Origin: Alphaproteobacteria bacterium
GTDB lineage: Bacteria > Pseudomonadota > Alphaproteobacteria > GCA-2731375
Assembly (NCBI GenBank): GCA_965232515.1
Contig: CBDDPY010000002.1
Location: 3,072,001-3,136,000, forward strand
Direction of reading: 5' to 3'
DNA length: 64,000 bases
The notes below the pieces were generated by a model. The model did not search any database. It saw only the letters and a program-made list of their open reading frames with translations, and had not been told where the DNA came from. The translations under genes and the position numbers were made by a program. Shown here piece after piece: positions 9,194 through 21,748 of the stretch; the first letter of the stretch is position 1; each line of letters begins with the position of its first letter.

Positions 9194-10453
9194 TCAGCCA
9201 AATTTTGCCGCGATGAGGTCGTAGCTTGCAAGCTTGTCGATGGGTCCGAGCGCCGCCACGGCCGGTTGGCCGGCGCCGCAGATCCGCGCCGCCACGCGTC
9301 GCACGGCCGCGGTATCGACCGCTTCGATCTCGCCGACGATCTCGTCGACCGGCAGCGGACGGCCGTGAATCAGCATCTGCCGGCCCAGTTGCTCGGCCCG
9401 ACCGGACGAGCTTTCGAGCGACATCAAGGTGCCGGCCTTCAGTTGCGCCCGGGCCCGCGCCACCTCCTCGTCGCCGGCATCGTCGGCCAGCCGGGTCAGC
9501 TCGTCGCACATGACCGGCACCAGCTCGGCCACCTGATCCGCGCCGGTGCCGGCATAGACGCCGAACATGCCGCCGTCGAGATAGGACGAGGCGAAGCTGA
9601 ATACCGAATAGCAGAGGCCGCGCTTCTCGCGCACTTCCTGGAACAGGCGCGACGACATGCCACCGCCCAATACGGTCGACATCACCTGAGAGGCATAGAA
9701 ATCGTCGTCGTGATAGCGCAGGCCCGGCAGGCCCATGGCGAAATGCACCTGCTCCAGCTCGCGCTGATCGCGGTAATCGCCGCCGGCATAGCTGGCCGGC
9801 GCGAAACTGGGCGCGTCGGCCGCGGACAGGTCGCCGAAGGCCGCTTCGGCGAGCGCGACGATGGCGGCGTGCTCGACGGCGCCCGCAGCGACCAGCACCA
9901 TGCGCGGGCCCAGATAATGCCGCTGCATGAAACCGGCCAGCGCCTCGCGGGCCATGTTCTCGACCCGCTCGACTGTGCCCAGGATCGACCAGCCGAGCGG
10001 CTGATCCGGATAGGCTGTCGCCTGGAGTTGATCGAAGATGATGTCGTCGGGCGTGTCCTCGGTCTGGCCGATCTCCTGCACCACGACCGTGCGCTCGCGC
10101 TCGAGTTCGTCCGCGTCGAACACCGAATGCTGCAGAATGTCCGCCAGGATATCGACGGCGAGCGGCACATCGTCCCGCAGGACGCGGGCGAAATAGGCTG
10201 TTTGCTCGCGGCTGGTGTAAGCGTTCAGGTGGCCGCCCACCGCCTCGATCTCCTCGGCGATCGCCTGGGCGCTGCGCCGTTTGGTGCCCTTGAAGGCCAT
10301 ATGCTCGAGCAGGTGCGCGACGCCGTTAACCTCGGGCGTCTCGTAACGGGCGCCGGCATCGACCCAGACGCCGACCGAGGCGCTCTGGAGACGCGGCATG
10401 GCGTCGGTGACGACGCGCAGGCCATTGGCAAGGGTGGTTACGTCAACGGTCAC
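9194..10453 (-). CDS. M16B peptidase (pitrilysin family, MPP-like)
   Basis: HLLEH inverted zinc motif, LNAYTSREQT, SSRLFQEVREKRGLCY. Confidence 0.95.
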   Translation of the reverse strand: MTVDVTTLANGLRVVTDAMPRLQSASVGVWVDAGARYETPEVNGVAHLLEHMAFKGTKRRSAQAIAEEIEAVGGHLNAYTSREQTAYFARVLRDDVPLAVDILADILQHSVFDADELERERTVVVQEIGQTEDTPDDIIFDQLQATAYPDQPLGWSILGTVERVENMAREALAGFMQRHYLGPRMVLVAAGAVEHAAIVALAEAAFGDLSAADAPSFAPASYAGGDYRDQRELEQVHFAMGLPGLRYHDDDFYASQVMSTVLGGGMSSRLFQEVREKRGLCYSVFSFASSYLDGGMFGVYAGTGADQVAELVPVMCDELTRLADDAGDEEVARARAQLKAGTLMSLESSSGRAEQLGRQMLIHGRPLPVDEIVGEIEAVDTAAVRRVAARICGAGQPAVAALGPIDKLASYDLIAAKFG

Positions 10454-10476
10454 GGGCGCAAGCCTCCGGTTGAAAT

Positions 10477-11871
10477 CTATGCCTGGCCGCCGATCAGCCC
10501 GCGGATATGCGCCTGGACGGCGGCAAGCTCGTTCGGCAGCACGTCGTAGCGTTCCTCACGATCGTAAAGATCGGCCAAACGCGGGGGCAGCTCGGGGCGC
10601 CGGCGGGTCGCCTTCTCGACGGCATCGGGGAACTTCGCCGGATGCGCCGTGCCCAGCACCACGACCGGCGTGTCGTCCGGCGTCCGGCCGCGGGCGGCGG
10701 CGACGCCGACGGCGGTGTGCGGGTCCAGTAGCAGGCCCGTCTCGGCGTGAACCCGGCCGATCATGGCGGTGGTCTCGGCCTCGTCGGCCCGGCCGCTGTC
10801 GAAGAGCGCACGGGTATTGGCGAGACGCGCGGCCTCGATGGCGAAACCGCCGTTCGCCGACAGATCGCGCATATGCGCCGACACGGTGGCGCCGTCGCGG
10901 CCCGCGAGATCGAACAGCAGGCGCTCGAAGTTGCTGGCGACCTGGATGTCCATGCTCGGGCTCTGGGTCGCGTGCACCTCGCCAACACGGTATTCGCCGG
11001 TCTGGAAGAAGCGGTGCAGGATGTCGTTGCGGTTGGTGGCGACGACAAGCCGTTCGACCGGCAGGCCCATGGCGGCGGCGACATAGCCGGCATAGACATC
11101 GCCGAAATTACCGGTCGGCACGCAGAACGCGACCGGCCGGTCGGGGCCGCCGAGCGCGGCCGCGGCGGTGAAATAGTAGACTGCCTGCGGCAGCACGCGG
11201 GCCCAGTTGATCGAGTTGATCGCGGAGAGCGCGATCTCGTCGCGAAAGGCCATGTCGTTGAACATCGCCTTCAGCAGCGCCTGGCAATCGTCGAACGTGC
11301 CTTGAACGGCAATATTGTGCACGTTCGCCGCGGTCACGGTGGTCATCTGCCGGCGCTGCACCTCGGACACCCGGTCGAGCGGATGCAGGATGACCACGTC
11401 GATGCCGGCGCGGTCGCGGAAGGCCTCGATGGCGGCCGCGCCCGTGTCGCCCGAGGTGGCGCCGACGATGGTCAGGCGCTGCGAACGGCGGGCCAGCACA
11501 TGCTCGAACAGCCGGGCCAGCAACTGCATGGCCACGTCCTTGAAGGCGAGCGTCGGTCCGTGGAACAGCTCCATCAGCCACTCGTTCGGCCCAAGCTGAC
11601 GCAGCGGCGCCACCGAATGGTGGTCGAAGACCTCGTAAGTGGTCCGGACGATATCGGCGAAAGCATCCGGCTCGATACCGTCGGCGAACGGCGCCATCAC
11701 CCGGGTGGCGACGGCGTGATAGGGCATGGCGGCGAACGATCTGATATCGGCGGCCGAAAGGTCCGGCCAGGCGTCGGGCACGTAAAGGCCGCCGTCGCGC
11801 GCCAGGCCGGTCAGCAGCACGTCCTCGAAGCCCAATTCGGGCGCCGTTCCTCGGGTGCTGATGTAATTCAA
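10477..11871 (-). CDS. thrC: Threonine synthase
   Basis: YISTRG, ELFHGPTLAFKD, ATSGDTG, VPTGNFG, TAHPAKF. Confidence 0.97.
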   Translation of the reverse strand: MNYISTRGTAPELGFEDVLLTGLARDGGLYVPDAWPDLSAADIRSFAAMPYHAVATRVMAPFADGIEPDAFADIVRTTYEVFDHHSVAPLRQLGPNEWLMELFHGPTLAFKDVAMQLLARLFEHVLARRSQRLTIVGATSGDTGAAAIEAFRDRAGIDVVILHPLDRVSEVQRRQMTTVTAANVHNIAVQGTFDDCQALLKAMFNDMAFRDEIALSAINSINWARVLPQAVYYFTAAAALGGPDRPVAFCVPTGNFGDVYAGYVAAAMGLPVERLVVATNRNDILHRFFQTGEYRVGEVHATQSPSMDIQVASNFERLLFDLAGRDGATVSAHMRDLSANGGFAIEAARLANTRALFDSGRADEAETTAMIGRVHAETGLLLDPHTAVGVAAARGRTPDDTPVVVLGTAHPAKFPDAVEKATRRRPELPPRLADLYDREERYDVLPNELAAVQAHIRGLIGGQA

Positions 11872-11910
11872 CGCGGTGATCTCCGACGGCGTGGCAAAGC
11901 GGGCGCTAGC

Positions 11911-13401
11911 CTACCCCAAATAGCGCGCCTGTAAATGCGCCTTGAACGGCGCCGCGTCCAGCGGCCGGCCGGTCGCCCGCTGGAGCAGGCCGTCGGCATC
12001 GTGCCGCCGCCCCTGGCCATGCACGTTGTAGCGCAGCCAGGTCAGCAGCGGCGTGAAGTCGCCGGCTTCGATCCCGGTGACGATATCCGGCGACTGCGCC
12101 ACCGCGGCGGCATAGAACTGCGCCGCGGCCATGGCGCCCAGCGTATAGGTCGGGAAATAGCCGATCGCGCCGTCCATCCAGTGGATATCCTGCAGGCAGC
12201 CGTCCCGGTCGTCGGGCGGGCGAACGCCCACCAGCTCCGCCATGCCGTCGTTCCAGGCCGCCGGCAGGTCGGCGACCGGCAGATCGCCTGACAGCAATGC
12301 CCGCTCGAGCCGGTAACGCAGGATGATGTGCAGCGGATAGGTCACCTCGTCGGCGTCGACCCGGATCAGCCCGCGCTCGACGCGCTGATAGAGCCGCAGG
12401 ATGTTGTCCTGGCCCCAGGGCGCGCCGTCGCCGCCGAAGGCCGCGGCCATGCGCGGCAGGGCGTAACCGAGGAAGTGGTCGCCGCGGCAGACCTGCATCT
12501 CGATCAGCAGCGACTGGCTCTCGTGCAGCAGCATGCCGCCGGAGTTGCCGACCGGCTGCCGCCGCCAGGCCGACGGCAGGCCGCGTTCGTAAAGCGCATG
12601 GCCGGTCTCGTGCAGGACGCCCATCAGGGCCGACGTGAAGTCGTCGGTGGTGTAGCGCGTTGTGATACGGACGTCGTCGGGCACGCCGCCCGTGAAGGGA
12701 TGCGCACTGACGTCGAGCCGGCCGTGCGCGAAGTCGAAACCTAGCGCGGTCATGAAATCGGCGGCGAGACGCTGCTGCGCCGCGATGTCGAACGGCCCCT
12801 CGGGCCGCAGCGGCGGCTCGGCCGCGCCCTGCCGCATCAGCACATCGTCGAGGAAGTCGGGCAGGAACTCGGCAAGGTCGTCGAACACGCGATCGACGGT
12901 CGCCGAGGTCAGGCCGGTTTCATATTCATCGAGCAGGGCATCATAGGGCGCGCAGCCGAAGGCCTGGGTCCGGCAGTCGGCGATTTCCCTTGTCAGCCGC
13001 AGCACCTCCTCCAGATGGGGTTGCTGCCGCGCAAAATCGTTCTGCGGCCGGGCCTCGCGCCAAACCATCTCGGAGGCGCTGCCGGCGCGCTCGATCTCGG
13101 CGACCAGCGACGACGGGACCGCCGTGGCATAGCGCCAGGCGCGGCGCATCTCGCGCAGGTTCGCGGCTTGCCAGTCGTCGAGATCGCCGGCCGCGGCCTC
13201 GGCCGCATCCAGCAGGTCGGCGACGCGCGGTTCGGTCAGCATGTCCTGCGCCAGCACGGCGAGCGTGGCGATCTGCTCGGCCCGGCCCTCGGCCGCGCCC
13301 GCCGGCATCATCGTCGCCCGGTCCCAATGCAGCATGCCGCGGGCTTCGGACAACAGCGCTCGGCGTTCGAAGATGCGCTCCAGATCCTGATAAGCGGTCA
13401 T
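11911..13401 (-). CDS. Carboxypeptidase M32 (Taq-like)
   Basis: HPF, DVRITTR, HETGH, HESQ, IRVDADE, GYFPTY. Confidence 0.96.
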   Translation of the reverse strand: MTAYQDLERIFERRALLSEARGMLHWDRATMMPAGAAEGRAEQIATLAVLAQDMLTEPRVADLLDAAEAAAGDLDDWQAANLREMRRAWRYATAVPSSLVAEIERAGSASEMVWREARPQNDFARQQPHLEEVLRLTREIADCRTQAFGCAPYDALLDEYETGLTSATVDRVFDDLAEFLPDFLDDVLMRQGAAEPPLRPEGPFDIAAQQRLAADFMTALGFDFAHGRLDVSAHPFTGGVPDDVRITTRYTTDDFTSALMGVLHETGHALYERGLPSAWRRQPVGNSGGMLLHESQSLLIEMQVCRGDHFLGYALPRMAAAFGGDGAPWGQDNILRLYQRVERGLIRVDADEVTYPLHIILRYRLERALLSGDLPVADLPAAWNDGMAELVGVRPPDDRDGCLQDIHWMDGAIGYFPTYTLGAMAAAQFYAAAVAQSPDIVTGIEAGDFTPLLTWLRYNVHGQGRRHDADGLLQRATGRPLDAAPFKAHLQARYLG

Positions 13402-14111
13402 GCCGTGTCTCCGTCGCGGCGGCGGTGATAGACGATGTAGATCACCACCAGCACCACCGCCAATGAATACCAGGTGAGCGCATACTCCAGATGCCGATTG
13501 GGGATCTCGGCGCGGAATTGCCCACCGACGGGCAGACCGCCGGGAATCTCATCGGCATCGGCCTCGAGAATGGCAGGCCGGAGCGGCAGACCGGTTGCCT
13601 CGACCATCGCCGGCAGATCGTAGCTGAACCAGAGATTGTCGGCCGGCTGGTTCTCCGGTGTCAGCCAGCCGGCATGGGCGTTTACGCGCAGAATGCCGAT
13701 CACCGTGACCGGACCCGGCACCTGTCCGTCACGCCGGCTCTCGGGATCGCGCCGGTCGAGCGGCACCCAGCCGCGGTTGACCAACAGAACGGTGCCATCC
13801 CCGATCTGAAGCGGCGTAAGCACGTGATAACCGGCCTTTCCGCGGTTGGTGCGGGAGCCGACATAGAGCTCGCGATCGTGCAGAAACCGGCCGCTCGCCG
13901 TAACCTTGCGAAACTCCAGCGCCGCCAGCGCGGCGTCATCCGCCGGCAAGGGCACGGCCGCCGCCGCCAGACCGGCATCGCGCTCGGCGATCAGTTGCGT
14001 CTTCCATTCCAGCCGCTGCAGTTGCCAGGTGCCGAGCCCGACCAGAACCACCAGCATCGACACCGTCAGCAGCGTCGGCCAGAAGGACGGCCGAATTCCA
14101 AAGCCTGTCAT
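13398..14111 (-). CDS. SURF1 family cytochrome c oxidase assembly protein
   Basis: LGTWQLQRLEWK, LVNRGWVP, HLEYALTWY. Confidence 0.95.
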   Translation of the reverse strand: MTGFGIRPSFWPTLLTVSMLVVLVGLGTWQLQRLEWKTQLIAERDAGLAAAAVPLPADDAALAALEFRKVTASGRFLHDRELYVGSRTNRGKAGYHVLTPLQIGDGTVLLVNRGWVPLDRRDPESRRDGQVPGPVTVIGILRVNAHAGWLTPENQPADNLWFSYDLPAMVEATGLPLRPAILEADADEIPGGLPVGGQFRAEIPNRHLEYALTWYSLAVVLVVIYIVYHRRRDGDTA

Positions 14112-14113
14112 GG

Positions 14114-14467
14114 TCAGTCGGTGTCGAAGCCAGGGGTCTTGTGCTTGAACTGATAGGCGATCAGCACGGCCTTGAAGATCCGCAGCAGCAGCACGGAGAT
14201 CCCGATGACGAACGGAACCTGGTAGGCCAGATGCACGATCGCCGGCGGCGCGAATGTCATCTCCACGATATAGGCGAGCAAGACGGCGAGAAAACCGGCA
14301 ACGAAGATGACGAACACCGCCGGGCCGTCGCCACTGTCCTGGGCCGACAGGTCCAGGCCGCAATAGTCGCAACTCGCAGCCACGCGCAGGAGCCCGTCAT
14401 AGAGCTTTCCCCTGCCGCAGCGCGGACATCGGCAGGTCAGGCCGGCAGCTAATGGCGATTGCTCCAT
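14114..14467 (-). CDS. DUF983 family membrane protein
   Basis: CRCPRCGRGKL...CDYCGLD...DSGDGPA plus two TM helices; between cox3 and SURF1. Confidence 0.88.
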   Translation of the reverse strand: MEQSPLAAGLTCRCPRCGRGKLYDGLLRVAASCDYCGLDLSAQDSGDGPAVFVIFVAGFLAVLLAYIVEMTFAPPAIVHLAYQVPFVIGISVLLLRIFKAVLIAYQFKHKTPGFDTD

Positions 14468-14491
14468 GCCGGCCCGATGCCGTGTGCTCCG

Positions 14492-15304
14492 CTAATGCCC
14501 CGCGATCGTGCCGGCGCCCCAGACGTAGATGCAGGAGAACAGGAAGATCCAGACCACGTCGACGAAGTGCCAGTACCAGGCGGCTGCCTCGAGCCCGAAG
14601 TGATGATCGGGCTTGAAGTGGCCCTTGGCGGCACGGAACAGGCAGACGATCAGGAACAGCGTGCCGATGATCACGTGCGCGCCGTGGAACCCGGTCGCCA
14701 TGAAGAAGGTCGAGCCGTAGATGCCGCCGGTAAAGGCGAACGGCGCGACGGCGTATTCATAGGCTTGCACGCAGGTAAACAACAGGCCGAGCAGCACGGT
14801 GACGGTGAGACCCTGCACGGCGCCCTTCTGGTTGCCCTCGCGGACGGCATGGTGGGCCCAAGTAACGGTCGTGGACGACGTCAGCAGGATCAGCGTGTTC
14901 AGCAGCGGCAGATGCCAGGGATCGAAGGTCTCGACGCCGTCGGGCGGCCAAATGCTGCCCATCTGCTCTGTCGGAAACAGCGCCGCGTTGAAATAGGCCC
15001 AGAACCAGGCGACGAAGAACATCACTTCGGACGCGATGAACAACACCATGCCGTAGCGCAGGCCAAGCTGAACCACCGGCGTATGGTCGCCCTCGACCAC
15101 GGCCTCGTGGATCACGTCGCGCCACCAGACGAACATCGTATAGGCGATGATCAGCAGGCCGATGATCATGACCCACGGCGGACCGTCGTGCATGTACCAG
15201 ACCAAGCCGACGGGCAGCACCAGGCCGCCGATCGCCGCCAGCGCCGGCCAGGGGCTGGGGTTGACCAGATGGTAGTCGTGTGCGGGGGCGTGGGCGTCAG
15301 CCAT
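14492..15304 (-). CDS. coxC: Cytochrome c oxidase subunit III
   Basis: HLVNPSPWP, SEVMFF, TGFHGAHV, WYWHFVDVVW. Confidence 0.97.
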   Translation of the reverse strand: MADAHAPAHDYHLVNPSPWPALAAIGGLVLPVGLVWYMHDGPPWVMIIGLLIIAYTMFVWWRDVIHEAVVEGDHTPVVQLGLRYGMVLFIASEVMFFVAWFWAYFNAALFPTEQMGSIWPPDGVETFDPWHLPLLNTLILLTSSTTVTWAHHAVREGNQKGAVQGLTVTVLLGLLFTCVQAYEYAVAPFAFTGGIYGSTFFMATGFHGAHVIIGTLFLIVCLFRAAKGHFKPDHHFGLEAAAWYWHFVDVVWIFLFSCIYVWGAGTIAGH

Positions 15305-15364
15305 TACGAGTTAGCTCCCAATTACTTACGTTTTTCATCGTTTCGGTTCCGATCCGCGCGCCAG

Positions 15365-15970
15365 CTAATTCAGCGACGTATCGTCGGTCGCGTCCGGATC
15401 GGCACGCTGCGTGACCTTGACCGGTTCGTCGTCATCGTCGTCCTTCATCGGGAAGAAGGTATAGGACAGCGTAATCGTCTTCACGTCGTCCAGGTTCGGA
15501 TCCTCCGAGATCGCCGGATCGACAAAGAATGAAACCGGCATATCGATGGACTGTCCGGCCGTCAGCGTCTGCTCGGTGAAGCAGAAACATTCGATCTTGT
15601 TGAAGTAGATGCCAGCTTTCAGCGGCGTCACGTTAAAGGTGGCGGTGCCCTTGACGCTTTTATCGGTCGGGTTCTTGGCGACGTAGAAACCGAGCGCGGA
15701 CTCGCCCACCCGGACCTCCATCTCGCGCTGGACCGGCTGAAAGCGCCACGGCATGCCTTTTGCCGTGTCGGCGTTGAAGCGGACCTTGATGCGGCGCTCG
15801 CCAATCTCGGATGGCGCCGCTTCCGCGACCTGCGTGGTGCCGCCATAGCCCGTTACCCGGCAGAACAGCTCGTATAGCGGGACCGAGGCATAGGACAGTC
15901 CGATCATCCCGACGACGATTCCCGCCGCGGCGATGGCGGTCTTGCGGTTGCGCTTTTGCAGATCGTTCAA
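15365..15970 (-). CDS. ctaG: Cytochrome c oxidase assembly Cu chaperone Cox11
   Basis: VPLYELFCRVTGYGG, KIECFCF; TTG start. Confidence 0.96.
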   Translation of the reverse strand: MNDLQKRNRKTAIAAAGIVVGMIGLSYASVPLYELFCRVTGYGGTTQVAEAAPSEIGERRIKVRFNADTAKGMPWRFQPVQREMEVRVGESALGFYVAKNPTDKSVKGTATFNVTPLKAGIYFNKIECFCFTEQTLTAGQSIDMPVSFFVDPAISEDPNLDDVKTITLSYTFFPMKDDDDDEPVKVTQRADPDATDDTSLN

Positions 15971-16089
15971 CTCAACCCTCCCATCTTCACAAGGGAGACA
16001 ATGAAAAACAGCACGACCAGGACCAGCAGCACGCCGGCCAAGGCGTAGTTCCGGCCCCGTCTTTTGCGATGCATGTCGGAAACCGGCAT
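15967..16089 (-). CDS. Small single-TM protein (CoxF-like), 40 aa, absent from the ORF track
   Basis: Manual translation MPVSDMHRKRRGRNYALAGVLLVLVVLFFIVSLVKMGGLS*; starts 1 nt after the ctaB stop, TTGA overlap with ctaG. Confidence 0.8.
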   Translation of the reverse strand: MPVSDMHRKRRGRNYALAGVLLVLVVLFFIVSLVKMGGLS

Positions 16090-16090
16090 C

Positions 16091-17017
16091 TCAGCCCCCG
16101 AACCCGAGCAGCCGATCGGCCAGCAGCAGGCTGAAAATCAGGAACAGATAGAGGATCGAGAAGCCGAACATGCGTCGGGCGGGGCCGTGATCCTCGTCGT
16201 TGCCGCGCCAGACGCGGACAGCGTGGCCGATGAACATCAGGCCCAGGACGCCGGCCGCGACGCCGTATGCCCATGACACCAGGCCGATCAGGCTCGGCGC
16301 AAGCGTCAGCGGCACCAGCGCTAGCGTATAGAACAGGATCTGCCGGCGGGTTTCGCGGCTGCCCCGGGCGACCGGCAGCATCGGCACGCCGACGCGGCGA
16401 TAGTCGCCGGAGCGATAAAGCGCCAGGGCCCAGAAATGCGGCGGCGTCCACATGAATATGATGGCGAACAACACGACGGAGGCCAACGACACGTCGCCCG
16501 TGACCGCGGCCCAGCCGATCATCGGCGGAAACGCGCCGGCGGCGCCGCCGATGACAATGTTCTGCGGCGTGCGCCGCTTCAGCCACATGGTATAGACGAG
16601 GACGTAGAAGCTGATGGTCAGGGCCAGAATGCCGGCGGCCGCCACGTTGACGAACAGCCCCATGGCCAGCACGGAACCGATCGCCAGCGTCATGCCAAAG
16701 CCGAGCGCCTGACCGGGGTCGACGCGGCCGGCCGGTATCGGCCGGCCCGCCGTGCGGGCCATCTCGGCGTCGATATCGGCGTCGTACCACATATTGATGG
16801 CCCCCGACGCGCCGGCGCCGACGGCGATGCACAACAGCGCCATGACCGCGATGATCGGATGGATCTCGCCCGGCGCCAGCACCAGGCCGACGAACCCGGT
16901 GAACAGCACCAGGCTCATCACCCGCGGCTTCAGCAGCGCCACATAGTCGGCGACGCGCGCCGGGTCCGAGCCCAGACGCGCGTTGGCCGTGGATATGACG
17001 ACCGTTGTGTCCGACAA
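16091..17017 (-). CDS. ctaB: Protoheme IX farnesyltransferase (heme o synthase)
   Basis: [46 protein letters not shown]. Confidence 0.96.
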   Translation of the reverse strand: MSDTTVVISTANARLGSDPARVADYVALLKPRVMSLVLFTGFVGLVLAPGEIHPIIAVMALLCIAVGAGASGAINMWYDADIDAEMARTAGRPIPAGRVDPGQALGFGMTLAIGSVLAMGLFVNVAAAGILALTISFYVLVYTMWLKRRTPQNIVIGGAAGAFPPMIGWAAVTGDVSLASVVLFAIIFMWTPPHFWALALYRSGDYRRVGVPMLPVARGSRETRRQILFYTLALVPLTLAPSLIGLVSWAYGVAAGVLGLMFIGHAVRVWRGNDEDHGPARRMFGFSILYLFLIFSLLLADRLLGFGG

Positions 17018-17056
17018 AAGCCTATCGCCCTCGTTGCTTTCCTCGCGATGCCACCG

Positions 17057-19556
<2,500 letters not shown>

Positions 19557-19777
19557 GAATCACCCTTGCGCTTTCGTCGAGGCATAACAAATCACACCTG
19601 CGCCCCCGGATTACTGGATCTTATGTACACTACGGTTAAAGACGCGAACAACCGGAGAGCCTGGACGTCACCAGTACGTCACCCCCGAACAGGGGCGGCA
19701 GTCTTGCCATTTTGTCCTGTGAAATCAAACGGTAAGCCAGACCGGTCGACACGGCGAGACGGCGGTGCGGGGCGTTC

Positions 19778-19792
19778 GCGACCAAATGTCGC
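19778..19792. promoter_or_regulatory. RegA/PrrA/RegR-type box between coxB and tldD
   Basis: GCGAC-CAAAT-GTCGC matches the GCG(G/A)C-N5-GTCGC palindrome. Confidence 0.55.
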
Positions 19793-19950
19793 AGAAATAT
19801 TAAGAAAGTCGCGTCCAACCTCACGAGCCGCGGCCGTTGTTCAGGTCGCCTAGCCGGGGGTGACGATGGCGCTCCGGCGCGCCATATTGACAACGGAGAC
19901 ACCGATTCACGCCGTCGCGCCGGCGGCAACCGACGAAGGGATTTTCCCGC

Positions 19951-21384
19951 ATGACCGATCGCCTCGACGCCAAGGATCTGTTCTTCAAGCGCACCGATCT
20001 GGACGAGACCAAGACCGAGGCGATCGTCGCCGAGGCTTTGAAGGACTGCGAGGACGGGGAGCTGTTCCTCGAGTACCGGCAGACCGAAAGTTTCGCGTTC
20101 GACGACGGCCGGTTGCGTAGCGCCAGCTTCGATACCAATCAGGGTTTCGGCCTGCGTGCGGTGGCGGGCGAATCGACCGGCTACGCGCATGCCTCCGAAT
20201 TGTCGGAAGACGCCATCCGCCGCGCCTCGGACGCGGTCCAGGCGGTAAAGGCCGGCCATTCCGGCACGCTCGCCGACGCCCCGCCCGGCACCAACCGGAC
20301 GCTCTATCCCGACGACAGCCCCCTGAATGAGGTCGAGTTCGGCGCCAAGGTCAAGCTGTTGGAGGATATCGATGCGTACGCCCGCAACGCCGACGAGCGT
20401 GTGCGGCAGGTGTCGGCTTCGCTGTTCGGCGAATGGCAGGCGGTCGAGATCATCCGCGCTGACGGCAAGCGGGTGCGCGACGTGCGGCCGCTGGTCCGCC
20501 TGAATGTCGGTATTGTCGTCGGCGACGGCGATCGGCAGGAGTCAGGCAGCCACGGTGTCGGCGGCCGGCTGGGCTACATCGATCATATCAAGGCGGAAAA
20601 CTGGCAGGCCCAGGTCGACGAGGCGCTGCGGCAGGCGGTGGTGAACCTGGACTCGGTGCCGGCGCCGGCGGGCGAAATGGATGTGGTGCTGGGGCCGGGC
20701 TGGCCGGGCATTCTCCTGCACGAGGCCATCGGCCATGGCCTGGAAGGCGATTTCAACCGCAAGCAGACTTCGGCGTTCGCCGGCCTGATGGGCCAGCGCG
20801 TGGCCAGCGACGGCGTTACCGTGGTGGACGACGGCACGCTCGACGGCCGGCGCGGCTCGCTGACCGTCGACGACGAGGGCACGCCCAGCGAATACACCGT
20901 GCTGATCGAAGACGGCATTTTGAAAGGCTATATGCAGGACCGCCTGAACGCCCGGCTGATGGGTGTGGCGCCGACCGGCAACGGCCGCCGGCAGAGCCAC
21001 GCCCACATGCCGATGCCGCGCATGACCAACACCTACATGCTGGCCGGCGACCGCGACCCGCAGGAGATCATTTCCGGCGTCACCAACGGTATCTATGCGG
21101 TCAATTTCGGCGGCGGCCAGGTCGACATCACCAGCGGCAAATTCGTCTTCACCTGCACCGAGGCCTATCGCATCGAGGACGGCAAGGTCGGCGCGCCGGT
21201 GAAGGGCGCGACGCTGATTGGCAATGGGCCCGACGCGCTGACCCGCGTGAAGGCGATCGGCAACGACCTGCAGCTCGACACCGGCATCGGCACCTGCGGC
21301 AAGAACGGCCAGGGCGTGCCCGTCGGCGTCGGCCAGCCGACGCTGCATCTTGAGGCGCTGACCGTCGGCGGCACCGCCGCCTGA
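19951..21384 (+). CDS. tldD: Metalloprotease TldD
   Basis: LLHEAIGHGLEGDFNRK, PMPRMTNTYM, TCGKNGQGVPVGVGQPT. Confidence 0.97.
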   Translation: MTDRLDAKDLFFKRTDLDETKTEAIVAEALKDCEDGELFLEYRQTESFAFDDGRLRSASFDTNQGFGLRAVAGESTGYAHASELSEDAIRRASDAVQAVKAGHSGTLADAPPGTNRTLYPDDSPLNEVEFGAKVKLLEDIDAYARNADERVRQVSASLFGEWQAVEIIRADGKRVRDVRPLVRLNVGIVVGDGDRQESGSHGVGGRLGYIDHIKAENWQAQVDEALRQAVVNLDSVPAPAGEMDVVLGPGWPGILLHEAIGHGLEGDFNRKQTSAFAGLMGQRVASDGVTVVDDGTLDGRRGSLTVDDEGTPSEYTVLIEDGILKGYMQDRLNARLMGVAPTGNGRRQSHAHMPMPRMTNTYMLAGDRDPQEIISGVTNGIYAVNFGGGQVDITSGKFVFTCTEAYRIEDGKVGAPVKGATLIGNGPDALTRVKAIGNDLQLDTGIGTCGKNGQGVPVGVGQPTLHLEALTVGGTAA

Positions 21385-21388
21385 GCAG

Positions 21389-21685
21389 TCAGAAGGCGCC
21401 GTCGACGAGCAGGATGTCGGCCTTGGAGCCGGCCTTGCGACGCTCGATGAAGGGCGCGTAGTCCGGATCGTTGTACCAGGCGCGCGCGGCCGCCATGTCC
21501 GGAAACTCGATCACGACGAGGGCGTCGGGCACGGTCGGCGCACCCTCCAGCGCCTCGGTGTCACCGGCGAAGGCCAGGTACCGGCCGCCGTGCTTTTCGA
21601 CCAGCTTCGTGACCTCGGCGCCGTAGTCGCCCTCCGACCATGACTCGTCCCAGACCGTGAAATAGCCGATCGCGTAAGCCGTCAT
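21389..21685 (-). CDS. DUF1330 family protein
   Basis: KHGGRYLA, VVIEFPDMAAARAWYNDPDY. Confidence 0.88.
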   Translation of the reverse strand: MTAYAIGYFTVWDESWSEGDYGAEVTKLVEKHGGRYLAFAGDTEALEGAPTVPDALVVIEFPDMAAARAWYNDPDYAPFIERRKAGSKADILLVDGAF

Positions 21686-21748
21686 CGCCGCCTCCCGATT
21701 CGTTGCCACCGGCATGATCGGCGATTGCCTAAGCCGGTGCAAACACGG

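Noticed and set aside
19636-20259. 207-aa minus-strand ORF near the coxB-tldD gap
   Set aside because: Half overlaps tldD antisense; the rest is promoter DNA with no protein-like features
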